DNA of 20,000 nucleotides from Mitosporidium daphniae (GCF_000760515.2 NW_013546143.1:58438-78437); one strand, 5' to 3'. Counted from the stretch's first letter, positions 1 to 8,986 are shown. A program made the numbers and translations. Notes: generated by a model not told the origin, from the sequence alone.

Positions 1-700
1 AAAATAGCTAATGCTACCAATAATATTACGGAGCCCTTTAACATCCTCACAGGTACCGGTTTGATGCCCTGATCCTTTAGGAGCTCTTCCTTCGCCCGTT
101 GGATCTTGTCTGGTTGAACATGGCAATACCAAAGTGATTGCTACGGTCAATGGACCATATCCTCTGCCCAAATCACAACAAGAAGCATCAAGAGCTGTTT
201 TAAGGGTACGCGTGTTGCCCTCCGCCGTTTGCTTTGAGGCAATGACGCCCGAAGCGATTCAAAAGACCAAGCTGTGCTCATCCATTTTACAAGACATTTT
301 GAAAGTCTCGTTCGAGTCCGTGATAATGCTAGATAGGCATCCTAGAATGGCGATTGAGCTTGATGTACATATATTGGGCGATCATGGTGATGTATTGATG
401 GCTGCCACGGTTGCATGTAGCGCCGCATTATCCCAGTCACAGGTCCAAATGCTCGATTTGCTCATCGGCCTCTCGATCTCTAATTCCGCATCAAAGGGTG
501 GCATCAAGTTGGAGGGCTTCCAAAACTCCATAAACGTGACCTATGCCCCCACCCTTTGTAAGTATGCCTCCATATATGGGATGGGCGCACTTCAAAAAAA
601 TGAATTTCAAAAAATTGATTCTGCAGTCAGAGAACAGGCAAATTTTATTACAAAGCTTTTAAAAAAGTCGCTCTTATCGTATGCAGATGCTAACAAATGA
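1..700 (+). CDS. Exosome complex RNase PH-like subunit (Mtr3/Rrp41-type), 5'-truncated; exons <1-52, 81-700
   Basis: Removing the 28-nt intron 53-80 (GTACCG...CTTTAG) gives ...PFNILTG|ALPSPVGSCLVEHGNTKVIATVNGP, the RNase PH GSxxVExGNTKVxxxVxGP motif. The later HPRMAIELDVHILGDHG...AATVACSAAL...MLDLL matches the YPKSxIDxxVxVLExDG...AAxxAASxAL core. The start lies outside the window, and the paralog assignment is uncertain. Confidence 0.85.
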
Positions 701-765
701 ATAAATATTTGGACCAGTAAATGTACAAGTGTAAATCTGGCCGTTCAAAATGGGTGTACTTAATT

Positions 766-3700
766 TCACTTTGAACAAATCTTGGCTGCTATGCCTTGAA
801 TCATGCCGGTGATTTCGCGTTCCTTTTCAAGCAAATTTTGCAACTCGTTTGCCTTTTCCTCAAAAGTGGCGGCGGTTTTCTCCAATTCCAGCAGCTTTAT
901 TTTCTGGTCATCACACTATACATTAGAATTACTTATGCCTACTTCTGCTTGACATATGGACAATAACCTCTCTTGATCTTGGTACCCAATTTTCTGAATA
1001 CCAAGCTCATTTTGGAGATTGGACAATGCATTCTTGCAAAATAGCAGCTATTTGGTCAGATAATTATATCACGCGTACCTCTGATTGGTGACTTTCATCC
1101 AATGCCTTCAGTTCAACTATGGCTTCCTCTTTCAACAAGACTTTGCGTTCAAGATGTGATATTTTCACCTTCAAGTCGTCACATTCGGAGGAGATTTGGC
1201 CAATTTCAACAGAAAATAAATTTTCGTTGGAAGATTTTTCGCTTAAAAAGGCTTCAAGATGAGCTTCATGCTGAGACGTTAAAGCACGGTTTTCACAAAT
1301 GCTTCTTTCAAGCTCCTTTTCTAAATTGGATATAAAGGCGGACTTTTCTTCCAATTTAAGCGTAAATTCATTAAGAAGATTATTTTTCTCCGCTTCGAAT
1401 TGATTGATAAGAAATTGCTTTTCAGACACTACCTTTTCCAATTGATTGCCAAGACATTCCTTTTCAGAGACGATCTTTTCCAGTTCATTGCCAAGACATT
1501 CTTTGGCAGAAATAATTTTTTCCAATTCTTCGACAAGATCTCTATTGAGGGATTGTAGCGAACAAACTTTTTCCTCTAGCCCTGCCAATTCTACATCAGA
1601 AGACCCGATCATGAGTTCTTTTTGTTTAAGCTCGCTTCTTAAATCAGAAATTAGAATCGAATTTTCTTCCAGAAGATTGGCTGACGCTTCGTTTTGGGCA
1701 GATAAATTGCATACCAAACTTTGGTGCTCAATTAGATTTTGTTCCAAAGATACCATATTTACAGTTTTTTTGTCGAGTTCTGAAGAAAGTTGGTCTATAA
1801 CGCTCTTGCTATTCCTCAACTGGCCCTTTAGCTGGTCAACAACTTCAATGTAATTGATGCTTTGAAGTGTATTGTCATCAAGCGAACTCAAATCGATTAT
1901 CTCGATGTTGTTGAAGATAATTTCTGCAAAGTCAAGCAATTTTGGCTCAAGCATCCCGACATTGGTTAGCAAAGATTTTGGGCAAAAGTGCTTCAGTACG
2001 TGATATTGCTCCAGCAAAAGTAAATTTTCAATTTTCTGGAGGCCAAATTTGAGCGAGGAAAATGGCGAATATGCAGCCGGATCTTCAAAAAGCAAGCGGG
2101 AATTCTCATCGCTAGACATGGAAAGAAAATACTCTTGTAAAGCTAAATGAAGGGAGCGCAAAAAGAGATATGAAATAATGAACGAAGAGTAAAAGGAATT
2201 GAGGTACTGACAAAATTGGGCCAAAAGTGAACCGTTCAAAGGTCTAGCGGCCAATTCAAGTTGGGAAGAAATCGATTTAAATTGGAAAAACGCAGTGGAG
2301 CACGTTTCGAAGCATATTTTCTTGATAGCATCTGCAATCAATTGAAAAAACGTTTCCAAACAAGCGGGCTCGATCGAAATGCAAGAAATTGCGGAGAACA
2401 ACACCTTGAAAGCCTTAGAAAACATACTATCCTCAGCTTGGCAATAAAGAGAAAATGGAGAATTCATCCTCAAAAAGCAGCGCTCTTCCAACAAATCACG
2501 TCCAAAAGAGAATGGAGTCAAAGGCAGATTATCACGTATGATTTCAACGACCGAATGGAATACTGCGGGAAAAATCAACACCACAAATTGACCCTTTGTA
2601 CTAACAATGCAGTCAAAAAACTCACGAAAGAAGGCCTGATTGCGAAAAATGTGCGAACACTTTTTTTTGAATTGCAGCAAAAAGGTCTTTTCCTTCATCC
2701 TAGTGATGATGGGAGTGATTTGTTGCTCTGGAAACACCACTGACGTTAAACAGACCATTAGCATGGAAATGATATAAAAATTGTTATCTTCTGACGCTTC
2801 GGTGGCAATTAGCTCATCCAGCAATCGATTCATCAACGGGGATAACTTTTGCAAAATTTCGAAAAAGACCGGGGAATCTTTTGATGAAAATAACGGCAAA
2901 AACGATTTGAAGAAGCTTCGGATATTCTTTTGAATGGCATATTTTTCGGATAATTGATCTTGCATTGCAAGCGAATTGAAAAATAAGCAAGTAGAAACCA
3001 GCAACAGCTGTTCATATTGACTACTATCTTGGACATCCTTCTCCTACATGATCAAAAATTTAAGCGAATACCAAAAACAGGGTCGAGTTGGAAAATATGT
3101 TGGCTAGAATAACAAGTGCACCGCTATGGGTAGCCAAATCAAAATGCCCCAAAAGCTTCGCAGTGCACTTTACAAACTTTTCTTTCGACAAGGGGAAAAA
3201 ACTTTCGGCAAAAAAGCGTTCCTTTTTGTGGGTGATAAAGTACTTTAGCACCGCCAATAAAGATCTATAAGATGTTGTTGGCGATTCCGGCATATCTTGT
3301 GTTGACAAAGTGTAGCAACTTATGACAAACGGAAGTGACAATGTCAATAATTCCGAAGCGGCTGACAAAGATTTTGTCTCGATATGGCTATTTTCCAGCG
3401 TTACTGAGATAAACTCGAGCGAAAGAAAATAAGACGCAGAATTAGAAACATTTCTTTCAGATAAAAACGAAATAATGCCGGGACACTCTTGCAATAAGAT
3501 CGGGAAAGGCTCTATTGAGGCTAAACATATAATGAAGCTAAAATCAACCTAATTTTACCAAAACCGATAGAAAGGCCAAATGCTCTTCAGAATTGCAGTT
3601 TAATTTGGCATGGCAAGCCACTTTCTCTAAAAGCTTAACAAGATGTTCGGCATTAGATATTCCCATGCTAGTGATGGGCAACCAAAGCGTCTGGGAAGAC

Positions 3701-4019
3701 CAGACGCAAGAAAGATTTTCGAGTAAATTCTAGTCGAATAAACAGGCAAAACGCGTACCTGTAACAGTGGATTCAAATACTTCAAAGGCTCGAGCAATGA
3801 GAAATACCTAAAGTCCGAAAAGAGAGACAAAATTTGAAGCTCAATGTTTGCACTCTGCTTGATTTCCTTGGACATGTTGTGAATGTTAATAATCGAGTGG
3901 ACATACATCGGATTCTCGTGATAGACGTCCATGAACCTCTTCTTCGATGCGTTTGGAGGTATAAGTGAGATGCAATGAGACAGCTTCAGTAGAAATTGCA
4001 ATATACCATTTTCCAACAT
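766..4019 (-). CDS. Large ARM/helical-repeat plus coiled-coil protein, CIP2A-like (about 1015-1036 aa); exons 4019-3759 (5' structure uncertain), 3729-3549, 3520-3072, 3043-1079, 1047-943, 915-766
   Basis: Three ORF-track fragments and three unlisted exons join in frame through GT-AG introns 3758-3730, 3548-3521, 3071-3044, 1078-1048 and 942-916, ending ...EREITGMIQGIAAKICSK*. The N-terminal half is Leu-rich and helical, and the C-terminal third is a heptad coiled coil. GALVILANIFSN and LFFNSLAMQDQLSEKYAIQKNIRSFF resemble CIP2A motifs recalled from memory. The gene structure is more certain than the name. Confidence 0.65.
1403..1528 (-). repeat. 42-bp (14-aa) tandem repeat, 3 copies, within the coiled coil
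   Basis: ATTGCCAAGACATTC occurs at 1445 and 1487 with a diverged copy at 1403. The protein reads ELEKIISAKECLGN/ELEKIVSEKECLGN/QLEKVVSEKQFLIN. Confidence 0.9.
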
Positions 4020-4109
4020 TAAAATTAAAAATTGGAGCCACATTGGAATGGGTGAAAATTTTATTGGATGCAGAGTTAGCGTTTCCAAAGCACGACTAGA
4101 TTGCAAATT

Positions 4110-4811
4110 TTATTCTGCCATTGTGATTGTTAGTGTTGCCGTAACGGTGGCAGTATATTTATCGCAATTTGAAGATGTAGGTGTAATTATTTGGTTATCC
4201 GTGTTCAATGTCGAAATCCTGTTCATATCGTTTCGGCCAATAGATTTTGTTGGCTTCGCCAATATGGAGCCTATCGACTCCAACGTTAAAGAGGCCGGAA
4301 ATCTTTCGGCGGATCGAGCATGGGAGCAAAATGAGTCTTCCCCAATCAGACACATTGCTTGCATGAATTTGCCTGGTGGACTATAGCAAACCGATCCTTC
4401 AGGACATTCGATCAGTCGAATGAATTTATAGCCGCTGCACTCGACAACATGCTTGAAGGCACCGTTAGTGGGAGGCAGACAAAATAAACCGCCAACCTAA
4501 AATTACACGACACGCATTACCCTTTCTTTGCAAAACAAGTCAAAATCAATCGGGGTCTCGCAAAAATAACAACTGGGAACTTTTCCAATCGAAGAGCAGC
4601 TTCTTCCATTTGGGCACGGCTTTAGCGTATTATCGGGGCAGCTGATTATATTTTCAGCATGGCTTGGATGGCAGTAATATCCCTCCGTCCTTTGAAGACA
4701 AAATTCTGGATCGATTTCATTCTTCGGATATGTCGATCTGAGCACAGCGGATTTACTTGCAAGTGATCCCGAAACTGACAAAGCAATCACAAAAAGAGTA
4801 TAAAATAGCAT
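4110..4811 (-). CDS. Secreted Cys-rich protein with two tandem putative chitin-binding-like modules and a Thr-rich tail (225 aa); exons 4811-4521, 4496-4110
   Basis: Signal peptide MLFYTLFVIALSVSGSLA. The 24-nt intron 4520-4497 (GTAATG...TTTTAG, contains TAA) joins the two ORFs in frame. Repeats are FCLQRTEGYYCHP...IISC...PCPNGRSC and FCKERVGGLFCLP...VVEC...ECPEGSVC. The binding function is inferred only from Cys spacing. Confidence 0.75.
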
Positions 4812-4895
4812 GTACCTGTTTTCAATAGTGTGGAAAAATTGGAATCCAACATCAGATTCAAATATTTAATCACACATTGTTGCCAAAACAGAGAT

Positions 4896-4905
4896 GATAT
4901 AAATA
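4896..4905 (+). promoter_or_regulatory. TATA-like element GATATAAATA in the 121-bp divergent intergenic region
   Basis: TATAAATA at 4898-4905 lies 27 bp before the ATG at 4933. The identical 10-mer recurs at 12251-12260. Confidence 0.45.
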
Positions 4906-4932
4906 TCCAAAAAATAAACACCAAAATGGTCG

Positions 4933-6693
4933 ATGTTTCTGAAGACCTTCTTTGTGCTATTTATATTGCAAGCAATTGATGTATATGGAGAGCTATTAGT
5001 GCATAAGACGTTTTATTACCAAAGAAAACTTGACACATCTGTAAACTCCATTACTCGATCCTCGGATTGGACTAGTGTTGGGCACAGTTACCAACATCAC
5101 AGCCAAAGAGACAGCATATTTGAGCTTTTGGAGACAACACAAAGTGCCTTAAAACGCTATCTAATCTCCGTTGCCGATGAGGAAGTGACGGCCGAAGGCT
5201 TTTTATCGGGTCTACAAATGGTAGATCCTCAAATGTCAAACGCTTTAAAAGAATTAATTAGCGGAGACTTGAAAATTTTAGCCAAATCTGATCCTTTAAT
5301 TGTTACCAGTTTATTTGATCTTCGCCTATGTAGGCTCAAGCCCTTTTCCAAAGACGCTTTAAAAGCTTTCATAGTATTTAGAAATGAGCATGTAATCGAG
5401 CTCTATGACGGAGACATTCGATATGACACATATCGGGCATTTAGAAAAGACTATCCCGCATGCTTACAGGCCTTTCCAAAGTCCTATTCAGATCCAAAAG
5501 AGCTTGCAAAGCTAACTTTCATGAATATGAATTCTCAAGACTCTTTACATACATTTCAACAATTACTCGACGGGCTGGAACCTCCAGTCCTGGCTCGATC
5601 TATCCTCAGCGAAGAATCCAATGACTGGTCAATTGCTCCGGAAATAAAAAAACTGTTGAAGGCTATACTTGAGGCCAAAGAGCGTGGATGGCAATCTAAA
5701 CTGATTGGCAAAAGTATATTCTTTGGCATAGGAAACATACCTCTCCTTTCTTATAAGCAATCTAACACAGAGAAAGAAAAAAAGCGCGCTTTGGTAGATC
5801 AGGTTGTTTATGAGCTGGCGATAAAATCTGGCCTAGATGGCTTCATTGTGCCTTATCTTTATGTTACTGAAAAGTCGTCCAAAATGGGCGGATCGCTATC
5901 TGTGTATAAGAGTATTTTTTCTCTTGATGCAGAAACAGGGGGCGTTGATTCACTTCCCACAAAATACACAATCTTTGGAAACATTCTGTATTCGCGGACA
6001 GATACAGGAAATACTTACTGCTCCATGGCTCTACTTTTGGGATTGACAACGAAATATATTCCTCGCCATTCAGCTGATGAAGCATTTCTTGTAAATGAAG
6101 TCTACAACGAATTTATTGGCGCAAGTGAATTGGACGAAATCGCCGTGTTTAGTATTTTGTTTCGAGCAAATGGGTACCACTCCCGAAATTTTGTGTTGAC
6201 ATTTTGCCAGAAAAAGCGTAGGCTTGTGATAAAGAACATTGACTATGAATTTTCGCTCGGGTCTTTTCACCATACGATATCCTTGGAAACATATGGATAT
6301 CGTATCGATGATAACTTGCTCCCCATTCACCCCCATTTTGAGCTTCCTATTGCATATCACTGGAAACTGGAATCCAAAAAGTCTATGTACACAAATGTAT
6401 TGCGGAAATTGCTAAAGAATGTCCCTCAAAAGCGGAGAGACGCCATTTCGGCAATTTCCGAAAAGCTGCTCAATATCGATCTGAAAGCCTGCAAAGAAAT
6501 CATTCAAAAAATATACAGCAATCTCCACGAAACAGCAAAGCTGCACGTTGACAGCCTGGAATATATTAGGATGCAAATGGTGGAGCTGATAGCGTATTAT
6601 CATTCGAATTCGATTCTCAGTGTTTCTGAAATCATTTTGAGGACCCTTAGGGAGTCTAAGGTTTTGGTTCTGGGGCCAGAAGAAGTTAACTAA
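4933..6693 (+). CDS. Secreted atypical kinase-fold protein (PI4K type II/PI3_PI4-kinase-like), probable pseudokinase, 586 aa, intronless
   Basis: N-terminal signal peptide MFLKTFFVLFILQAIDVYG. Motifs occur in the PI4K-II order: DQVVYELA..SGLDGFIVP (cf. EVAAYLLD...VP), GGSLSVY (cf. GSLQxF), IAVFSILFRANGYHSRNFVL (cf. IxxLDxxxxNxDRHxGNxL) and IKNIDYEFSL (cf. LxxIDHGxxL). Confidence 0.65.
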   Translation: MFLKTFFVLFILQAIDVYGELLVHKTFYYQRKLDTSVNSITRSSDWTSVGHSYQHHSQRDSIFELLETTQSALKRYLISVADEEVTAEGFLSGLQMVDPQMSNALKELISGDLKILAKSDPLIVTSLFDLRLCRLKPFSKDALKAFIVFRNEHVIELYDGDIRYDTYRAFRKDYPACLQAFPKSYSDPKELAKLTFMNMNSQDSLHTFQQLLDGLEPPVLARSILSEESNDWSIAPEIKKLLKAILEAKERGWQSKLIGKSIFFGIGNIPLLSYKQSNTEKEKKRALVDQVVYELAIKSGLDGFIVPYLYVTEKSSKMGGSLSVYKSIFSLDAETGGVDSLPTKYTIFGNILYSRTDTGNTYCSMALLLGLTTKYIPRHSADEAFLVNEVYNEFIGASELDEIAVFSILFRANGYHSRNFVLTFCQKKRRLVIKNIDYEFSLGSFHHTISLETYGYRIDDNLLPIHPHFELPIAYHWKLESKKSMYTNVLRKLLKNVPQKRRDAISAISEKLLNIDLKACKEIIQKIYSNLHETAKLHVDSLEYIRMQMVELIAYYHSNSILSVSEIILRTLRESKVLVLGPEEVN

Positions 6694-6838
6694 AGTAAAT
6701 GCTTAAACCCGCACCAGTGCCTCTGCCCATTGATGGGATTAAATTGTATTAACTGGATGCAACAATGTACGCTCTGCTTCAAAGTGTTTATTATGCATGG
6801 GGCCACAGGATGTTCTTCAGGTGCTTTTGGCAGTTGTC

Positions 6839-7609
6839 TTAGATTACTTTTTTAGACTTCAAATACTTGCGCATAAAAATAAATTGCCCAAAAGCACAGC
6901 CGTTTAGCAGCAAAAATGAGAGTATGCCCAAATACTTGACTCTATCGTTTGTCGATTCTAAATGGTAACGACATGTGGGCCACTAACCATTGGTATCGCG
7001 CAAGTCTCTTTCCGTAAAATGCATCTGGTCCAATTCATCGACAATATGCTTCATAACAGACTCCATATGGATGAGCTCTGCCTCTTCCGGCAACAGCGCG
7101 GAATCATGCGAAGCAGTGGCGTCAAAGAGATCTTCGTTCATGTTTACCTCCAGCTCGATGTCATTAGTTAGCCTAGACGACAAATCTTACCATTACAATG
7201 GCAAAAGCTTACACGTTGTAAAATGGTCAGTTGCCACGCAAAGCTGATACTCTTTGGCCCCGCCGTGCGTCCTGAAGGAAAAGTTGGATGGTTCCTCCTT
7301 TATATTGGTATTGTGATAATATTTTCCACCTTGCCTATCATCAATCTATTTTGAATCAAAGGATTGCTTTACGATGAAGGATACTATTGCAGCCTGCCTG
7401 CTTCCGTCATTTTGGTTAACCGTGGTAGTTCGCGATGATATGTGTCCGGTAACAAGAGTCTTATCGGGGATTTCGATTGAATAGCATTTTTTGCTATTTG
7501 ATGGGATGGTAAACTTGACTATCGATGCAGAGGCTGAATTGATAACAAATTGCACAAGAATAGCTAGAGCAAAGAACACCCCAATGATCATCGAGAGATT
7601 TAAAAACAT
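6839..7609 (-). CDS. ERV25: p24/emp24/gp25L family ER-Golgi cargo receptor, Erv25/TMED10-like (228 aa); exons 7609-7373, 7345-7213, 7185-6988, 6957-6839
   Basis: Signal peptide, GOLD-domain Cys pair (KKCYS...YQLCV), coiled coil, LRDTN|ESTNDRVKYLGILSF transmembrane segment and C-terminal KYLKSKKVI dilysine tail. Introns are 7372-7346, 7212-7186 and 6987-6958. Confidence 0.9.
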
Positions 7610-7624
7610 TATTTTATTTTAAAT

Positions 7625-8023
7625 TTAATCGTTTGTGGCAATATGCAGGCCAGCAATTAGATCTTTGATTGATCTTTGTTGCTTGAAAAGCCTGCTTGAA
7701 GTTAAAAACTTGAGCTTTTCCTCTATCTTTTGATTTGTCTTCATCTTGGGTGTCAGGGGGCTGTTGGGCGCTGGCATTTTGCTTTCATCCACTCTCCGCT
7801 TGTAGCCTTGTTTCCATCCGTCTTTCCAGACTTTTCTCAAATCAATCCGATCCTTTGCATGTTGTAGCCATAGCTTTGTTGATAGCCTTTGGAACTTTAC
7901 TACTTCTTGTTTAAGTCTTGCATTTTCCTTTGCTAGCTCATGATTCTTTTCATGGTTCTTTTCATGATTCTTCTCCTTTGCAAGAGTAGTCCCCTTTTCG
8001 TTGCTCAATTTTATATTCTTCAC
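7625..8023 (-). CDS. Hypothetical basic coiled-coil protein, 5' end unresolved
   Basis: A 132-codon open frame fills the gap between two genes, contains an in-frame EKNH x3 repeat and is followed by AATAAA. There is no in-frame ATG at its 5' end, and I could not resolve a convincing upstream exon. Confidence 0.45.
   Translation of the reverse strand: MKNIKLSNEKGTTLAKEKNHEKNHEKNHELAKENARLKQEVVKFQRLSTKLWLQHAKDRIDLRKVWKDGWKQGYKRRVDESKMPAPNSPLTPKMKTNQKIEEKLKFLTSSRLFKQQRSIKDLIAGLHIATND
7938..7973 (-). repeat. 12-bp tandem repeat x3 encoding EKNH
   Basis: TCATGATTCTTT TCATGGTTCTTT TCATGATTCTTC on the + strand. Confidence 0.9.
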
Positions 8024-8184
8024 GGTACAAAAAGGCTCTACGTAAACACAAGCAATTTAATGCCGCTCCAAAAGCGGATATTGATCTATCGATAATGAAA
8101 AACATTCCATATTGAAACTTAAACATTTCCATATTTGGACGGAAAGTTAACAATTTCATTTGTAAATTGTTTATTCGATCGATT

Positions 8185-8631
8185 CTAACAGCATGGACAA
8201 GGTGGGTGAATTGTGGAGTCTGCCTCATTTTCTGGAATCAAAAAGCTGAAAATGAAATGCCCCACAAAAAAGCCTGCAATGATGGAGCTCATGAAAAAGC
8301 CATTAAATGTCATAAATACCATCATCAAAAAGTAGGAAACATATGCTCTAACTGCATAAATAACGGCCTTTATAAATGATTTTGAAAACTTGGATGAGGA
8401 TATTGATGATTGCTGCTTTTTGGGTTTGCCCAAATACCACAGGTGATAGAAATATAGAAATTCGCTAACTATCGTGATGAAGAATAACGCCCAAAACGTG
8501 GCCCAAAAAGCAGTTTGCGAACTTGCATTCCACCACTTGAAGAATACGTAATCCACAGACGTTTCCCAATTAACAAAAGCCTATGTGAGAAATCGAATAT
8601 TTCATACTCCAGAAGAATCGTGACACCCCAT
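8185..8631 (-). CDS. Ctr-family copper transporter (139 aa); exons 8631-8608, 8580-8185
   Basis: [25 protein letters not shown] after removing the 27-nt intron 8607-8581. It has three TM segments, the MxxxM motif ([12 protein letters not shown]), GxxxG (GFFVG) and a C-terminal CPCC metal-binding tail. Confidence 0.9.
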
Positions 8632-8714
8632 TTAGATGTTTTCTGTTGCAAAACGTGAAACAAAGAAATAAATTTTGCATGACATTAAATCTTCAAATTG
8701 GAAATTTTTTATTT

Positions 8715-8986
8715 ATGAATAACCCCCCATCTTCTTTCCCAGATCAGGCTGCGGGTCCGATTTCCCACTCATCAGCTAGACCCAATTTAATGGCTCCCCC
8801 GATGAAATATATTTGTGGCGGTATCCTTGGTTCCTTTATTTTAGAGTGCTGTGTTGAAAACGAGCTTCGCCCCAAAGATGCCATTAGATGCAAAGAATGC
8901 GGATACCGCATTATGTACAAAAAAAGAACGTCTCGAGGTATGGTGTGCAATGTTAATGCATAGCAATTCTGTTTGATGCGCGATAG
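8715..8986 (+). CDS. RPB12: RNA polymerases I/II/III shared subunit RPABC4 (73 aa); exons 8715-8820, 8845-8937, 8964-8986
   Basis: The spliced product reads ...[44 protein letters not shown], the RPB12 zinc ribbon and C-terminal FxAR. Introns are 8821-8844 and 8938-8963. Confidence 0.95.

Noticed and set aside
1403..1528. Regularly spaced repeats considered as a CRISPR-like array
   Set aside because: These are contiguous in-frame coding repeats without unique spacers, in a eukaryotic gene with no cas genes.
1071..3760. Two introns of the same gene begin with the identical AG|GTACGCGT (1080-1071 and 3760-3751), suggesting intron duplication or an MCB element
   Set aside because: The identity does not extend beyond about 10 nt, half of which is donor consensus, so it is compatible with chance.
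6694..6838. Relatively long convergent intergenic region with a small hairpin CCCATTGATGGG, a possible ncRNA
   Set aside because: No recognisable snRNA, snoRNA or tRNA motifs. It contains an AATAAA for ERV25 and is explained as 3' UTRs.
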